Shown here piece by piece: positions 47,625 through 57,002 of a stretch of 64,000 nucleotides of DNA (its first letter is position 1; each line of letters starts with the position of its first letter). Position numbers and translations under genes: made by a program. The notes below the pieces were generated by a model that saw only the letters and a list, made by a program, of their open reading frames with translations, did no database searches and was not told the origin of the DNA. The stretch is from Candidatus Omnitrophota bacterium (GTDB lineage: Bacteria > Omnitrophota > Gorgyraeia > Duberdicusellales > 4484-171), in contig JAIPGM010000003.1 of the NCBI GenBank assembly GCA_021735655.1, positions 160,001 to 224,000 of the forward strand, read 5' to 3'.

Positions 47625-48641
47625 ATGATTATTGTATTTAAAAAAGGCGCAACTGAACAGGAAGTTTCAAATTTAATCAGCCGAATTGAAAAATTAGGAT
47701 TGAAGGCAATGATTTCCAAAGGTACTGAACGAACTATTGTCGGAGTCATCGGTCCGGAAGACATAATTCGTTTGCATCCTTTAGAGGTTTTTCCCGGTGT
47801 TGAAAAAGTAATGCCGGTCTTGGCGCCCTATAAGCTTGTATCTCGAGAGTTTAAAAAAGATGACACAGTAGTAAAAATTGCAAGAGGCGTTGAAGTTGGC
47901 GGTAAGAAAATAACAGTTATCGCTGGTCCTTGTTCCATAGAGAGTGAAGCTCAGCTTATGGAGGTTGCTAAGAAAGTCAAAAAATCCGGAGCTTCAATTT
48001 TAAGGGGAGGCGCTTTTAAGCCTAGAAGCTCTCCTTATACTTTTCAAGGTTTAGGCCAGGAAGGTTTAAAGATTCTAAAAGATGCATCGGATAAATTTTC
48101 AATAGCTACAGCTACTGAAGTTATGGACACCCGCGATGTCGAGCTAGTTGCAAGGTACAGTGATTGTTTGCAAATCGGGGCTCGCAATATGCAGAATTTT
48201 AATCTTTTAAAGGAAGTCGGCCAAACCAAGAAGCCGGTTATTTTAAAGCGCGGCCTGAATGCTACGATAAAAGAGCTTTTGATGAGTGCTGAATATATAT
48301 TAAGCGAAGGAAATTTTAATGTAATCCTTTGTGAGCGGGGGATACGCACCTTTGAAGATTTTACCCGTAATACTTTAGATATCAGCGCAGTCCCAGTAAT
48401 AAAGTTGCTATCACACCTACCAATTGTAGTTGATCCGTCTCATGCTGCCGGAAAGTGGGGGTTGGTTGGTCCGTTAAGTAAAGCTGCTATTGCAGCTGGT
48501 TGTGATGGTTTATTAATTGAGGTCCATCCTAATCCTCAAGAGGCTTTAAGCGATGGGCCACAGCAGTTATTGCCCGAGAACTTTGCAAGTTTGATGAATG
48601 AATTAAAGGATATAGCTAAAATAGTAAAAAGACAAATGTAG
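47625..48641 (+). CDS. aroF: 3-deoxy-7-phosphoheptulonate (DAHP) synthase, class I-beta with N-terminal regulatory domain
   Basis: 338 aa. A ~70-aa N-terminal ferredoxin-like domain, then the DAHPS/KDO8PS core (VIAGPCSIES; KPRSSPYTFQGLG). Confidence 0.8.
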   Translation: MIIVFKKGATEQEVSNLISRIEKLGLKAMISKGTERTIVGVIGPEDIIRLHPLEVFPGVEKVMPVLAPYKLVSREFKKDDTVVKIARGVEVGGKKITVIAGPCSIESEAQLMEVAKKVKKSGASILRGGAFKPRSSPYTFQGLGQEGLKILKDASDKFSIATATEVMDTRDVELVARYSDCLQIGARNMQNFNLLKEVGQTKKPVILKRGLNATIKELLMSAEYILSEGNFNVILCERGIRTFEDFTRNTLDISAVPVIKLLSHLPIVVDPSHAAGKWGLVGPLSKAAIAAGCDGLLIEVHPNPQEALSDGPQQLLPENFASLMNELKDIAKIVKRQM

Positions 48642-48642
48642 G

Positions 48643-49491
48643 GTGAAGATGGATTTGAAAAGAGTTAAAAAAATAGCAATAATCGGTGTTGGATTTATGG
48701 GCGGATCTTTAGCTTTAGCTTTGAAGAAGAAGCTGCCTTATGCGAAGATTTGGGGGTTTGCCCGCAGTCAGAAGTCTTTTAATAAGCTTAAAAGGTTAAG
48801 TTTGCTGGATCGGGTTGAGAAAGATCTAGCTAAACTGGTGGTTGATTCAGATCTAGTAGTTTTTGCTTTACCGGTTAAGGTTATTTGTAGTTACTTTAAA
48901 AAAGTTTCTCCTTTTTTAAAAGAAGGGGCTACGGTTATCGATTTAGGAAGCACAAAACAGTTAGTCGAAAAATCGGCCAAAATGAATTTACCGCGTTCGA
49001 TCGATTTCATTGCTTGCCATCCTTTAGCCGGAAGTGAAAAGAGTGGCGCTGAATTTAGCCACGAAAATCTTTATCAAGGTTCAGTTTGCTTGATTACTTC
49101 TTCGCCCAAAGCCAAGGCAGCTAAATCAGTAAAGAATTTTTGGCAAAAGCTAGGCTGTCGGGTTGTTTTTATTAGCGCTAGTCAGCACGATAAAGTTCTT
49201 TCTGGTATATCTCACCTGCCGCATTTAATTTCTTTTTCGCTCAGTGAGCTTATTTCTGAAGATTATTTGAAGTTTTCTACTAACAGTTTTAAAGATTTAA
49301 CTCGCATAGCTAACTCGCCAGCTTTAGTTTGGGCAGATATTTTTATTTCTAATAGTGACAACATTGTAAGGGATTTGAAAGGCTATATTAAAATTTTAAA
49401 AAAATATCAAGCTTTGTTAAAAAAAGGCGATCGGGAGCTAATTGTTAAGTTAATCACCAAGGTAAATCACAAACAAAAAAAGATTATATGA
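48643..49491 (+). CDS. tyrA: Prephenate/arogenate dehydrogenase
   Basis: 282 aa. Rossmann motif IAIIGVGFMGGS. Confidence 0.8.
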   Translation: MKMDLKRVKKIAIIGVGFMGGSLALALKKKLPYAKIWGFARSQKSFNKLKRLSLLDRVEKDLAKLVVDSDLVVFALPVKVICSYFKKVSPFLKEGATVIDLGSTKQLVEKSAKMNLPRSIDFIACHPLAGSEKSGAEFSHENLYQGSVCLITSSPKAKAAKSVKNFWQKLGCRVVFISASQHDKVLSGISHLPHLISFSLSELISEDYLKFSTNSFKDLTRIANSPALVWADIFISNSDNIVRDLKGYIKILKKYQALLKKGDRELIVKLITKVNHKQKKII

Positions 49492-50132
49492 TTATTGCTA
49501 TTGATGGGCCAGCCGGATCAGGCAAAACTACTGTGGCTCGACTTTTGGCTAAAAGATTAGGTATTTCTTATCTTGATACCGGAGCCATTTATCGTGTTTT
49601 AACCTATCTTGCCTTAGAGCGTAAAATTGGCGCTTGGGACGAAGAGGCTTTAACCGAGCTGGCTAAAATTCTCAATTTGGATTTAAAGGGGAGCGAAGTT
49701 TATCTCGACGGTGTTGACCTTAGCGAGAAGATTAGGACCCCGCAAATAGATAAGTCTATCTCAGCGGTAGTTTCTCATCCCGAGGTACGAAAGGTAATCG
49801 TAGAGCTACAGAGAAAAATCGTTGAAAAAGGAGATTTTGTCGTAGAGGGTCGCGATATTACTACAGTTGTTTTTCCGGATACCGAATACAAGTTTTATCT
49901 TGATGCTGACCCGAACATTCGCGCTGAAAGGCGATCGAAAGAACTGCAAACTAAAGGAGTAAGCATTGAGCTTTCTGAGGTTCAGGAGGATTTAGAGAAA
50001 CGAGATTATGCTGATAAGAATAGAGAAGTTGGAGCTTTAAAAAAAGCTCCTGATGCCTTTTTTATTGATACCAGCAATTTAACTATCGAGCAATCCGTTG
50101 AGGAGATAGCAAAGCATATTCAAGTGAAGTAA
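49488..50132 (+). CDS. cmk: Cytidylate kinase
   Basis: 214 aa. IAIDGPAGSGKTT, LDTGAIYR. Confidence 0.9.
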   Translation: MIIAIDGPAGSGKTTVARLLAKRLGISYLDTGAIYRVLTYLALERKIGAWDEEALTELAKILNLDLKGSEVYLDGVDLSEKIRTPQIDKSISAVVSHPEVRKVIVELQRKIVEKGDFVVEGRDITTVVFPDTEYKFYLDADPNIRAERRSKELQTKGVSIELSEVQEDLEKRDYADKNREVGALKKAPDAFFIDTSNLTIEQSVEEIAKHIQVK

Positions 50133-50146
50133 CTTCTAAGGTTTAC

Positions 50147-51943
50147 GTGGAAGAAAAAAATAACATCCGCAATTTTTGTATTATTGCCCACATCGATCAT
50201 GGAAAGTCTACCCTTGCCGATAGATTTCTAGGTTTGTCCGGAGCTCTCGCAAGAAGCAAGACTAAAGAGCAGATGCTTGACAGTATGGAGCTTGAGCGAG
50301 AACGGGGAATTACTATAAAGGCAAAAGCGGTTAGATTGAATATAACTTGGCAAGGCAAAGAATATATTTTGAATCTTGTTGATACTCCTGGGCATGTTGA
50401 TTTTAGCTATGAGGTAGCTAAGTCGTTAAAAGGTTGTGAGGGGGCTATTATTTTGGTAGATGCTTCTCAGGGTATAGAAGCTCAGACTGTAGCCAATTTT
50501 CATCTAGCCTTAGAAAGTGACTTAAAAATTATGCCGGCTCTTAATAAAATAGATTTACCAAGCGCTGATCCTAAAAGGTGCATAAACCAACTTTTTGAAG
50601 TTTTTGGTTTTAAGGAGGAAGAAATTTCCTTAATTTCGGCTAAAGACGGAAAAGGTGTGGAAGAATTACTGGCTAGAGTTATCAATGAAATACCACCGCC
50701 CTTTGGTGATGTCAATAAGCCGCTTAAGGCTCTTCTGTTTGATTCAGCTTATGATTCTTATCGGGGGGTTATTCTTTTCCTAAGAATTTTTGACGGTAAA
50801 ATTTACCGCGGTGATTCAATCGTTCTTATGCACCAAAATAAAACTTACAAGGTTGAGGAGGTAGGGGTATTTTTACCTCAGGCTGAAAAAAGAGACAGTC
50901 TTTCTTGTGGTGAGGTTGGTTATATTTGTTGTAATATTAAAAATCCTCAGGAGATCGATGTCGGCGATACGGTAACTAGCGCTAAAAATCCTACAAAAGA
51001 AGCTTTCGCTGGTTACAAGAAGCTACCGCCAATGGTCTTTTCGGGAATTTTCCCTTCATCGCCTAAAGATTATCCGGCCTTACGTCGGGCAATGGAGAAG
51101 TTAAAGCTTTCTGATCCATCTTTTGTTTATGAGCCTGATAACTTGGGTAATCTCGGGCACGGTTTTAGATGTGGTTTTCTAGGCCTTCTTCATATGGAAA
51201 TAGTTCAGGAGCGCTTAGAGCGTGAGTATAATCTTGACTTGATACTTACTTCACCTAGCGTCCGCTATAGAATAAAGCGTAGAGGTGCCAAGGAGTTTGA
51301 GGATGTAGATATTCCTCATCAGTTTCCTGATCCGGGAGTTATTGAGGAAATGCAGGAGCCTTATGTTCGGGCTATAATAATCGCTCCTCCTGATAATATG
51401 GATGATTTATGCGAATTGGCAAAGAACCGGCGCGGTGAATTTGTTAAAATGGATTATATCGGTCGAGATCGAGTAAATATTATTTTTGATTTACCGTTAG
51501 GGGAAATAGTGATTGATTTTTATGATAACATAAAGTCTCTTACTAAGGGGTATGCTTCATTTGATTATGAGTTTGTTGGGTATCGAAAAACCGAAATCGT
51601 AAAATTAGATATTCTTTTTAATCAGAAAAAAGCTGAAGCCTTTTCTTTTTTAGTGCATAAACAAAAGTGTGACGTTAAAGCTCGCTCGGTAGCTGATCGC
51701 CTGAAGGATTTAATTCCTCGCCAGATGTATGAGGTGAAAGTTCAGGTAGCGATTGGGGCGAAAATAATTGCTTCCAGTCGAATATCAGCTTTAAAGAAGA
51801 ACGTTACCGCTAAGTGCTATGGAGGAGATATTAGCCGTAAGCGTAAACTTTGGGAAAAACAGAAAAAGGGTAAGAAAAAGATGAAACAGTTGGGTAATGT
51901 TACTTTTCCTAACGATGCCTTTTTAGAAGTATTAAAGATGTAG
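50147..51943 (+). CDS. lepA: Elongation factor 4 (LepA)
   Basis: 598 aa with a GTG start. G1 motif AHIDHGKST, DTPGHVDF, and the LepA-specific C-terminal domain. Confidence 0.95.
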   Translation: MEEKNNIRNFCIIAHIDHGKSTLADRFLGLSGALARSKTKEQMLDSMELERERGITIKAKAVRLNITWQGKEYILNLVDTPGHVDFSYEVAKSLKGCEGAIILVDASQGIEAQTVANFHLALESDLKIMPALNKIDLPSADPKRCINQLFEVFGFKEEEISLISAKDGKGVEELLARVINEIPPPFGDVNKPLKALLFDSAYDSYRGVILFLRIFDGKIYRGDSIVLMHQNKTYKVEEVGVFLPQAEKRDSLSCGEVGYICCNIKNPQEIDVGDTVTSAKNPTKEAFAGYKKLPPMVFSGIFPSSPKDYPALRRAMEKLKLSDPSFVYEPDNLGNLGHGFRCGFLGLLHMEIVQERLEREYNLDLILTSPSVRYRIKRRGAKEFEDVDIPHQFPDPGVIEEMQEPYVRAIIIAPPDNMDDLCELAKNRRGEFVKMDYIGRDRVNIIFDLPLGEIVIDFYDNIKSLTKGYASFDYEFVGYRKTEIVKLDILFNQKKAEAFSFLVHKQKCDVKARSVADRLKDLIPRQMYEVKVQVAIGAKIIASSRISALKKNVTAKCYGGDISRKRKLWEKQKKGKKKMKQLGNVTFPNDAFLEVLKM

Positions 51944-51944
51944 T

Positions 51945-52511
51945 ATGAATAAAAAAAGTCAGTTACGAGAGTGGATTGAAGCTTTGGTTGTTGCTGGGGC
52001 GATAGCTATATTTGCCAGGAGTTTTTTCTTTCAAATTTATAAGATCCCTACGACTTCTATGGTTCCAACCCTTATGCCTGGCGATAAGATTTTTGTGAGC
52101 AAATTAACCTATGGCCCTAAGGTACCATTTACGCCTTTTCGTATTAAAGGTTTTGCTAAACCGCAAAGGGGAGAAGTGGTAGTGTTTATACCTCCACATG
52201 ATCGAAAGAAAGCCTATATTAAAAGATTGATTGGGCTACCTGGGGATAAAGTAGTTATTAAGGGAGGGAATATCTATATTAACGAGAAGATGGTGGTTGA
52301 TTCGAAAATGACACATTATTATTATAATCAGGGAGAATATGCAAAAGAGGAAGAGCCTATAGTTGTTCCCGAAGACCAGTATTTTTTTCTCGGCGACAAT
52401 AGTATTTCATCATTGGATAGCCGATACTGGGGATTTGTTGATAAAAAAGATGTTGTTGGTAAGGCTATATTTATTTGGTGGCCGCCTAGGCGGATAACCA
52501 TGATTGAGTAA
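51945..52511 (+). CDS. lepB: Signal peptidase I
   Basis: 188 aa. Catalytic Ser box (SMVPTL) and Lys box (YIKRLIGLPGD). The lepA-lepB order is classic. Confidence 0.9.
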   Translation: MNKKSQLREWIEALVVAGAIAIFARSFFFQIYKIPTTSMVPTLMPGDKIFVSKLTYGPKVPFTPFRIKGFAKPQRGEVVVFIPPHDRKKAYIKRLIGLPGDKVVIKGGNIYINEKMVVDSKMTHYYYNQGEYAKEEEPIVVPEDQYFFLGDNSISSLDSRYWGFVDKKDVVGKAIFIWWPPRRITMIE

Positions 52512-52526
52512 CTAAGGAGGTATCCT

Positions 52527-52832
52527 ATGAATTCAAAAGGGTTAGCTTTGGTATTGTTGTCAGTAGTTTTTGTTTTTACCGGATGCACAACAACTCAGAA
52601 AGGGGCAGCTACCGGGGCAGTCGTCGGTGGAGGTCTAGGGGCGATAATTGGGCATCAATCCGGTAAAACCGGTGCTGGTGCAGCAGTTGGCGCAGCAGTT
52701 GGGGGTATTGGCGGGGCTATAGTTGGAGAAAAATTAGATAATAAGTTTTGTCCTACTTGCGGTAGAAGGTTTGCTGGTTCGGTTCAGTATTGTCCTTATG
52801 ATGGGGCAACTTTAAAGAATATTGATAAGTAA
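52527..52832 (+). CDS. Small lipoprotein with glycine-zipper segment and C-terminal Cys motif
   Basis: 101 aa. Lipobox VFTGCTT, a Gly-zipper (GAVVGGGLGAIIG...GAAVGGIGGAIVG), and a C-terminal CPTCx(10)CPYD. Confidence 0.55.
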   Translation: MNSKGLALVLLSVVFVFTGCTTTQKGAATGAVVGGGLGAIIGHQSGKTGAGAAVGAAVGGIGGAIVGEKLDNKFCPTCGRRFAGSVQYCPYDGATLKNIDK

Positions 52833-52848
52833 ACGGTAACCATAAACT

Positions 52849-53394
52849 ATGAGTTTAGCTGATAAAGTATCTACCATAAGAATTATCCTTATTCCGGTAT
52901 TTGTTTCTCTGCTTATTTACGCTCGTTACCATCCTTTTCTGCGATATCTAGCTATAGTGGTGTTTATCTTAGCGATTCTTAGCGATTTTTTTGATGGCTT
53001 GGTGGCGAGAATAAAGAAAGAGAAATCAGACTTAGGGCAGATTATTGATCCCTTAGCTGATAAGTTGTTACTTCTAACATCTTTCATTAGCCTTTACTTT
53101 CTTTCAAACTCTTTACAACTTAATGTGTATTTGTGGTTAGTTTTAGTGGTTATTAGCAGAGATTTTGTTATATTTTTAGGCTTTGCAATTTTACACTTCC
53201 TTAAGATTGAGGTGGTTATTGCGCCTTCAATTTGGGGAAAACTCACCACTTTCTTTCAGATGTTCACTATTCTTTGGATTTTGTTAGGAGCTCCTTATTA
53301 TTTTTTCGTTTCTTTGACAGCAGTAATTTTTACTTTGATTTCTGGTATTGATTACTTTATAAGAGGGGTAAGAGCCGCACAGTGCAACAATTAA
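52849..53394 (+). CDS. pgsA: CDP-alcohol phosphatidyltransferase (phosphatidylglycerophosphate synthase-like)
   Basis: 181 aa. D(x)2DG(x)2AR...G(x)3D(x)3D motif (DFFDGLVARIKKEKSDLGQIIDPLADK). Confidence 0.8.
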   Translation: MSLADKVSTIRIILIPVFVSLLIYARYHPFLRYLAIVVFILAILSDFFDGLVARIKKEKSDLGQIIDPLADKLLLLTSFISLYFLSNSLQLNVYLWLVLVVISRDFVIFLGFAILHFLKIEVVIAPSIWGKLTTFFQMFTILWILLGAPYYFFVSLTAVIFTLISGIDYFIRGVRAAQCNN

Positions 53395-53996
53395 TTCTTT
53401 TAATAGTTAGCTACCTTGTGGGCAGCATACCTTTTGGGTTTGTAGCTGTTTACTTAGTTAAAAAAGTAGACATTCGAACTCTTGGCTCAGGTAATATTGG
53501 TGCGACTAATGTAACCAGAGTTTTAGGTAAACCTTGGGGTATAGCAGTTTTCATTTTAGATTTTTTAAAAGGGTTTATTTGTCCTTTAATTGTGACCCGG
53601 TTAGTTGACGACCCGAAGATTTTGCTTTTTATTTTTGCCGCTTTATTAGCAGTGTCCGGGCACAACTGGACTTGTTTTTTAAAGTTTAAAGGTGGAAAAG
53701 GGGTTGCTACCAGTATTGGTGCGATTTGCGGACTAGCAGTTAAATTCCCAGTGTTAATTCCGGTTTTAGTTATTTCAATTATTGTTTGGATTGTGGTATT
53801 TTTTGTTTCGAAGGTGGTATCTTTGGCCTCATTAGCCAGTGCTTTTTCATTTTTAATTTTTTCAATTATTTTTTATTTTACAATCGGATTACCTTGGGAG
53901 TTTTTGATTCTTTCGGTATTGCTTTTTTTGTTCATAGTTCTAAGGCACAGAAAGAATATAAAGAACATTTTAGCTAAAAAAGAGTTACATTTTTGA
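53382..53996 (+). CDS. plsY: Glycerol-3-phosphate acyltransferase PlsY
   Basis: 204 aa. GSIPFGFVAVYLVKKVDIRTLGSGNIGATN. Confidence 0.85.
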   Translation: MQQLILLIVSYLVGSIPFGFVAVYLVKKVDIRTLGSGNIGATNVTRVLGKPWGIAVFILDFLKGFICPLIVTRLVDDPKILLFIFAALLAVSGHNWTCFLKFKGGKGVATSIGAICGLAVKFPVLIPVLVISIIVWIVVFFVSKVVSLASLASAFSFLIFSIIFYFTIGLPWEFLILSVLLFLFIVLRHRKNIKNILAKKELHF

Positions 53997-54002
53997 ATTT
54001 GT

Positions 54003-54031
54003 TTGACACTAAATATGGCAAAGAGTATAAT
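54003..54031 (+). promoter_or_regulatory. Perfect-consensus sigma70 promoter of recA
   Basis: TTGACA (54003-54008), 17-nt spacer, TATAAT (54026-54031). No CTGT-N8-ACAG or GAAC-N4-GTTC LexA-type box is evident nearby. Confidence 0.6.
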
Positions 54032-54065
54032 TGAAATATTAATTATTATATAAAGGGAGGATGAT

Positions 54066-55070
54066 ATGGTTAAAGAGAAAGATAACTCTGCTAACAAAAA
54101 GAAAGCTTTAGAATTAGCTCTTGCTCAGATTGAGAAACAGTTTGGCAAGGGAGCTATAATGCGTATGGGCGAGGATACTCATCTTGATATTGAGTCTATT
54201 CCTTCGGGAATAATTTCTTTAGATAAGGCTTTTGGGGTAGGTGGCTTACCACGGGGGAGAGTGGTTGAAATATTCGGACCAGAATCTTCCGGTAAAACTA
54301 CCCTTACGCTAAGCATTATTGCCCAGGGCCAAGGCAATTCAGGTGTAGCAGCCTTTATCGATGCTGAGCATGCCTTTGATCCTGCCTATGCTCGTTTAAT
54401 CGGTGTAAAATTAGACGAGCTTCTAATTTCGCAGCCGGATACCGGAGAGCAGGCTTTGGAAATTGTCGAAACCTTAGTAAGATCTAATGCGGTTGATTTA
54501 ATCGTTGTTGATTCAGTAGCAGCCTTGGTACCTAAGGCCGAAATCGAAGGGCAGATGGGTCAATCGCAAGTTGCGCTTCAAGCCCGTCTTATGAGTCAGG
54601 CTTTAAGAAAACTAACCGCGGCGATAAGTAAGTCTAAATCTTGTGTTGTGTTTATTAACCAGTTGCGGGAGAAAATCGGAGTTATGTTTGGTTCTCCAGA
54701 AGTTACTCCGGGAGGCAGGGCCTTGAAGTTTTACTCTTCAATGCGGATTGATTTAAGAAGAATTGCGACTATTACTGGACCTTCGGGTGCGATGGGTATA
54801 AGGGTTCGGGCTAAAATAGTTAAGAATAAAGTAGCCGCACCTTTTAAGGAAGCAATTTTTGAAATTATGTATACCGAGGGAGTATCTAAGGCCGGAGCCT
54901 TAATTGATGCTGCTATTGATGGAGGATTGATTAAGAAAGCCGGAAGTTGGTTTTCTTATAAAGATAAAAATTTAGCTCAAGGTAAAGAGCAGTTGAGAGC
55001 CTTAGTAAAGGAAGATGAAAGCTTACGTCGCGAGCTAGAAGAAGCTTTAGGCACAACTGCTTCTAGTTAA
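54066..55070 (+). CDS. recA: Recombinase RecA
   Basis: 334 aa. Walker [11 protein letters not shown], and L1/L2 loop regions. Confidence 0.95.
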   Translation: MVKEKDNSANKKKALELALAQIEKQFGKGAIMRMGEDTHLDIESIPSGIISLDKAFGVGGLPRGRVVEIFGPESSGKTTLTLSIIAQGQGNSGVAAFIDAEHAFDPAYARLIGVKLDELLISQPDTGEQALEIVETLVRSNAVDLIVVDSVAALVPKAEIEGQMGQSQVALQARLMSQALRKLTAAISKSKSCVVFINQLREKIGVMFGSPEVTPGGRALKFYSSMRIDLRRIATITGPSGAMGIRVRAKIVKNKVAAPFKEAIFEIMYTEGVSKAGALIDAAIDGGLIKKAGSWFSYKDKNLAQGKEQLRALVKEDESLRRELEEALGTTASS

Positions 55071-55095
55071 TTCAACCAATCCTGATTTTTATCAG

Positions 55096-56526
55096 GTGAA
55101 TATGGAGGCCAAAATGAAGAAGATAATCAGTTTAATAACTATCGCTATCGTTTTTAGCTTGTCTACATATGCTCAGAGTGTAGCGACTTTAGAGAAATTA
55201 ACCATTGATGTTGCTGCTAGTACTGGAAAATCAGTAGTTTCAATAAGTAGCGAGGTCAAAGAAAAAGTCAACGGAAGACGTTACTTTGAGTCTCCCTTTG
55301 GAGATTCTGAGGATGATCCTTTTAGGGGATTTTTTGAGGATTTTTTTGGAGCGTTGCCGGATAGAGAATTCCGTCGGATGGGTTTAGGCAGTGGAGTGAT
55401 TATTGATAAAGACGGTTACATTCTTACTAATGCTCATGTTGTTGCTGGTGCCACTAAGGTAAAAGTTAAGCTTTATGATGGAAGAGAATTTGATGCCGAA
55501 GTGAAAGGATCCGATGAAAGAAGTGATTTGGCGGTAGTAAAAATAAAAGCTAAAGATCTTCCGGTGGCTAAGCTTGGTGATTCAAGTGAGTTGAAGATCG
55601 GAAACTGGGTAGTTGCCATAGGTAATCCTTTTGGGTTTGCCATTGAGAATCCTGAACCGACAGTTACTGTCGGAGTTGTCAGTGCCCTGCATCGTTATTT
55701 ACCGGCTTTAGGTAACCGTCAAGGTAGTCTTGATGATTTGATTCAAACCGATGCTGCGATTAATCCTGGGAATAGCGGTGGTCCATTGGTAAATTTAAAG
55801 GGTGAAGTCATCGGCATAAATACAGCAATAATAACTACTTCCGGAGGTTATCAAGGGTTAGGTTTTGCCACTCCGATTGATAAAGCTAAGCGAATTCTTA
55901 ATAAACTACTTAAGGGTGAAAGTATTCTCTACGGGTGGCTCGGGGTTAGTATACAGAATCTAAATGAAGATTTGCGCAATTATTTTGATATTAAGGAGAA
56001 GAAGGGCGTTATTATTCTAAAAGTTTACAAGGATTCTCCGGCTGAAAAAAGCAACCTCAACGAAGGAGATCTAATTACTGAGTTTGACGGGAAAGTGGTT
56101 GAGACTACAAGAGATTTGTCGCGGATGGTTTCTTCTTCCGAGGTCGGTAAACTGGTGCCAATTAAAATAGTTCGCTCAGGAAGTAAAATTTCTTTAACTG
56201 TAAAGATTGGTAAGATTCCTGAGAATGTTGAAGAGGTAGAGCTTTCGACTGCGAGCAAGACCTCTTTTAGGGGTTTGTCGGTAGAAGATTTAGATTTACA
56301 AACTAAGCGAAAATTCAAAATAAAGCTTGATGAAGGCGTTGTTGTGGTAGCTATCGAGAATGATTCCTTAGCTGACCAAAGTGGTTTGATGATAGGTGAC
56401 GTTATTACTAAGATTGAAAACAAGAATATAAAAAATAAAGCTGAATTCCAAGAAGTGGTTTCCAAAATAAAGGGTAACTGTTTGGTTAAAACTAATCGTG
56501 GTTATTTTGTTCTTAAAAGTAAGTGA
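55096..56526 (+). CDS. htrA: Periplasmic serine endoprotease HtrA/DegP/DegQ with two PDZ domains
   Basis: 476 aa. Signal peptide, catalytic triad context (TNAHVV ... GNSGGPL), two PDZ domains. Confidence 0.85.
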   Translation: MNMEAKMKKIISLITIAIVFSLSTYAQSVATLEKLTIDVAASTGKSVVSISSEVKEKVNGRRYFESPFGDSEDDPFRGFFEDFFGALPDREFRRMGLGSGVIIDKDGYILTNAHVVAGATKVKVKLYDGREFDAEVKGSDERSDLAVVKIKAKDLPVAKLGDSSELKIGNWVVAIGNPFGFAIENPEPTVTVGVVSALHRYLPALGNRQGSLDDLIQTDAAINPGNSGGPLVNLKGEVIGINTAIITTSGGYQGLGFATPIDKAKRILNKLLKGESILYGWLGVSIQNLNEDLRNYFDIKEKKGVIILKVYKDSPAEKSNLNEGDLITEFDGKVVETTRDLSRMVSSSEVGKLVPIKIVRSGSKISLTVKIGKIPENVEEVELSTASKTSFRGLSVEDLDLQTKRKFKIKLDEGVVVVAIENDSLADQSGLMIGDVITKIENKNIKNKAEFQEVVSKIKGNCLVKTNRGYFVLKSK

Positions 56527-57002
56527 AGGATTTTAACCAAGCGCTCAGTTATTCATTTTTACTTCTTAAGTATCGAGCTCGTTCAAAGACCGAACTTGTC
56601 CGGCGACTTAAGGAGAAGAAGTATAGTGGATCAGTAGTCAAGCAGACGGTTCAGTATTTAGAGAAGAATAATTATATTGATGATAAAGAATTCGCAAGAT
56701 TGTTTATTTTGAGCGCAATCGAAAAAGGATGGGGTCCACGAAAAGTAGATTTTCGTCTTAAACAGTTAGGCGTTTCTTATGATTTGCGAAAGCCCACACC
56801 AACTTTAAACACTGCTTTCAATAATAAGTTAAGTCAAATAGTAGAGGAAAGAGTAACTTGTCTTAAGAAGCAAAAACCGCCACTTTCTTCGAAAAAAATA
56901 TCACAGAAAGTGATGCGGCTGGTTTTATCAAGAGGGTTTAATTATTCTGAGGTTAGCAGGATAATTGATGGTTTAGGAGTAACTAATTTTGAAAACTGTT
57001 GA
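56523..57002 (+). CDS. recX: RecA regulator RecX
   Basis: 159 aa of three-helix repeats. N-terminus ALSYSFLLLKYRARSKTEL. Confidence 0.75.
   Translation: MKDFNQALSYSFLLLKYRARSKTELVRRLKEKKYSGSVVKQTVQYLEKNNYIDDKEFARLFILSAIEKGWGPRKVDFRLKQLGVSYDLRKPTPTLNTAFNNKLSQIVEERVTCLKKQKPPLSSKKISQKVMRLVLSRGFNYSEVSRIIDGLGVTNFENC

Noticed and set aside
55071-55095. CCTGAT-TTTT-ATCAGG hairpin after recA
   Set aside because: A 6-bp stem with no following T-run, and it overlaps the htrA RBS region. It is unlikely to be an efficient terminator.
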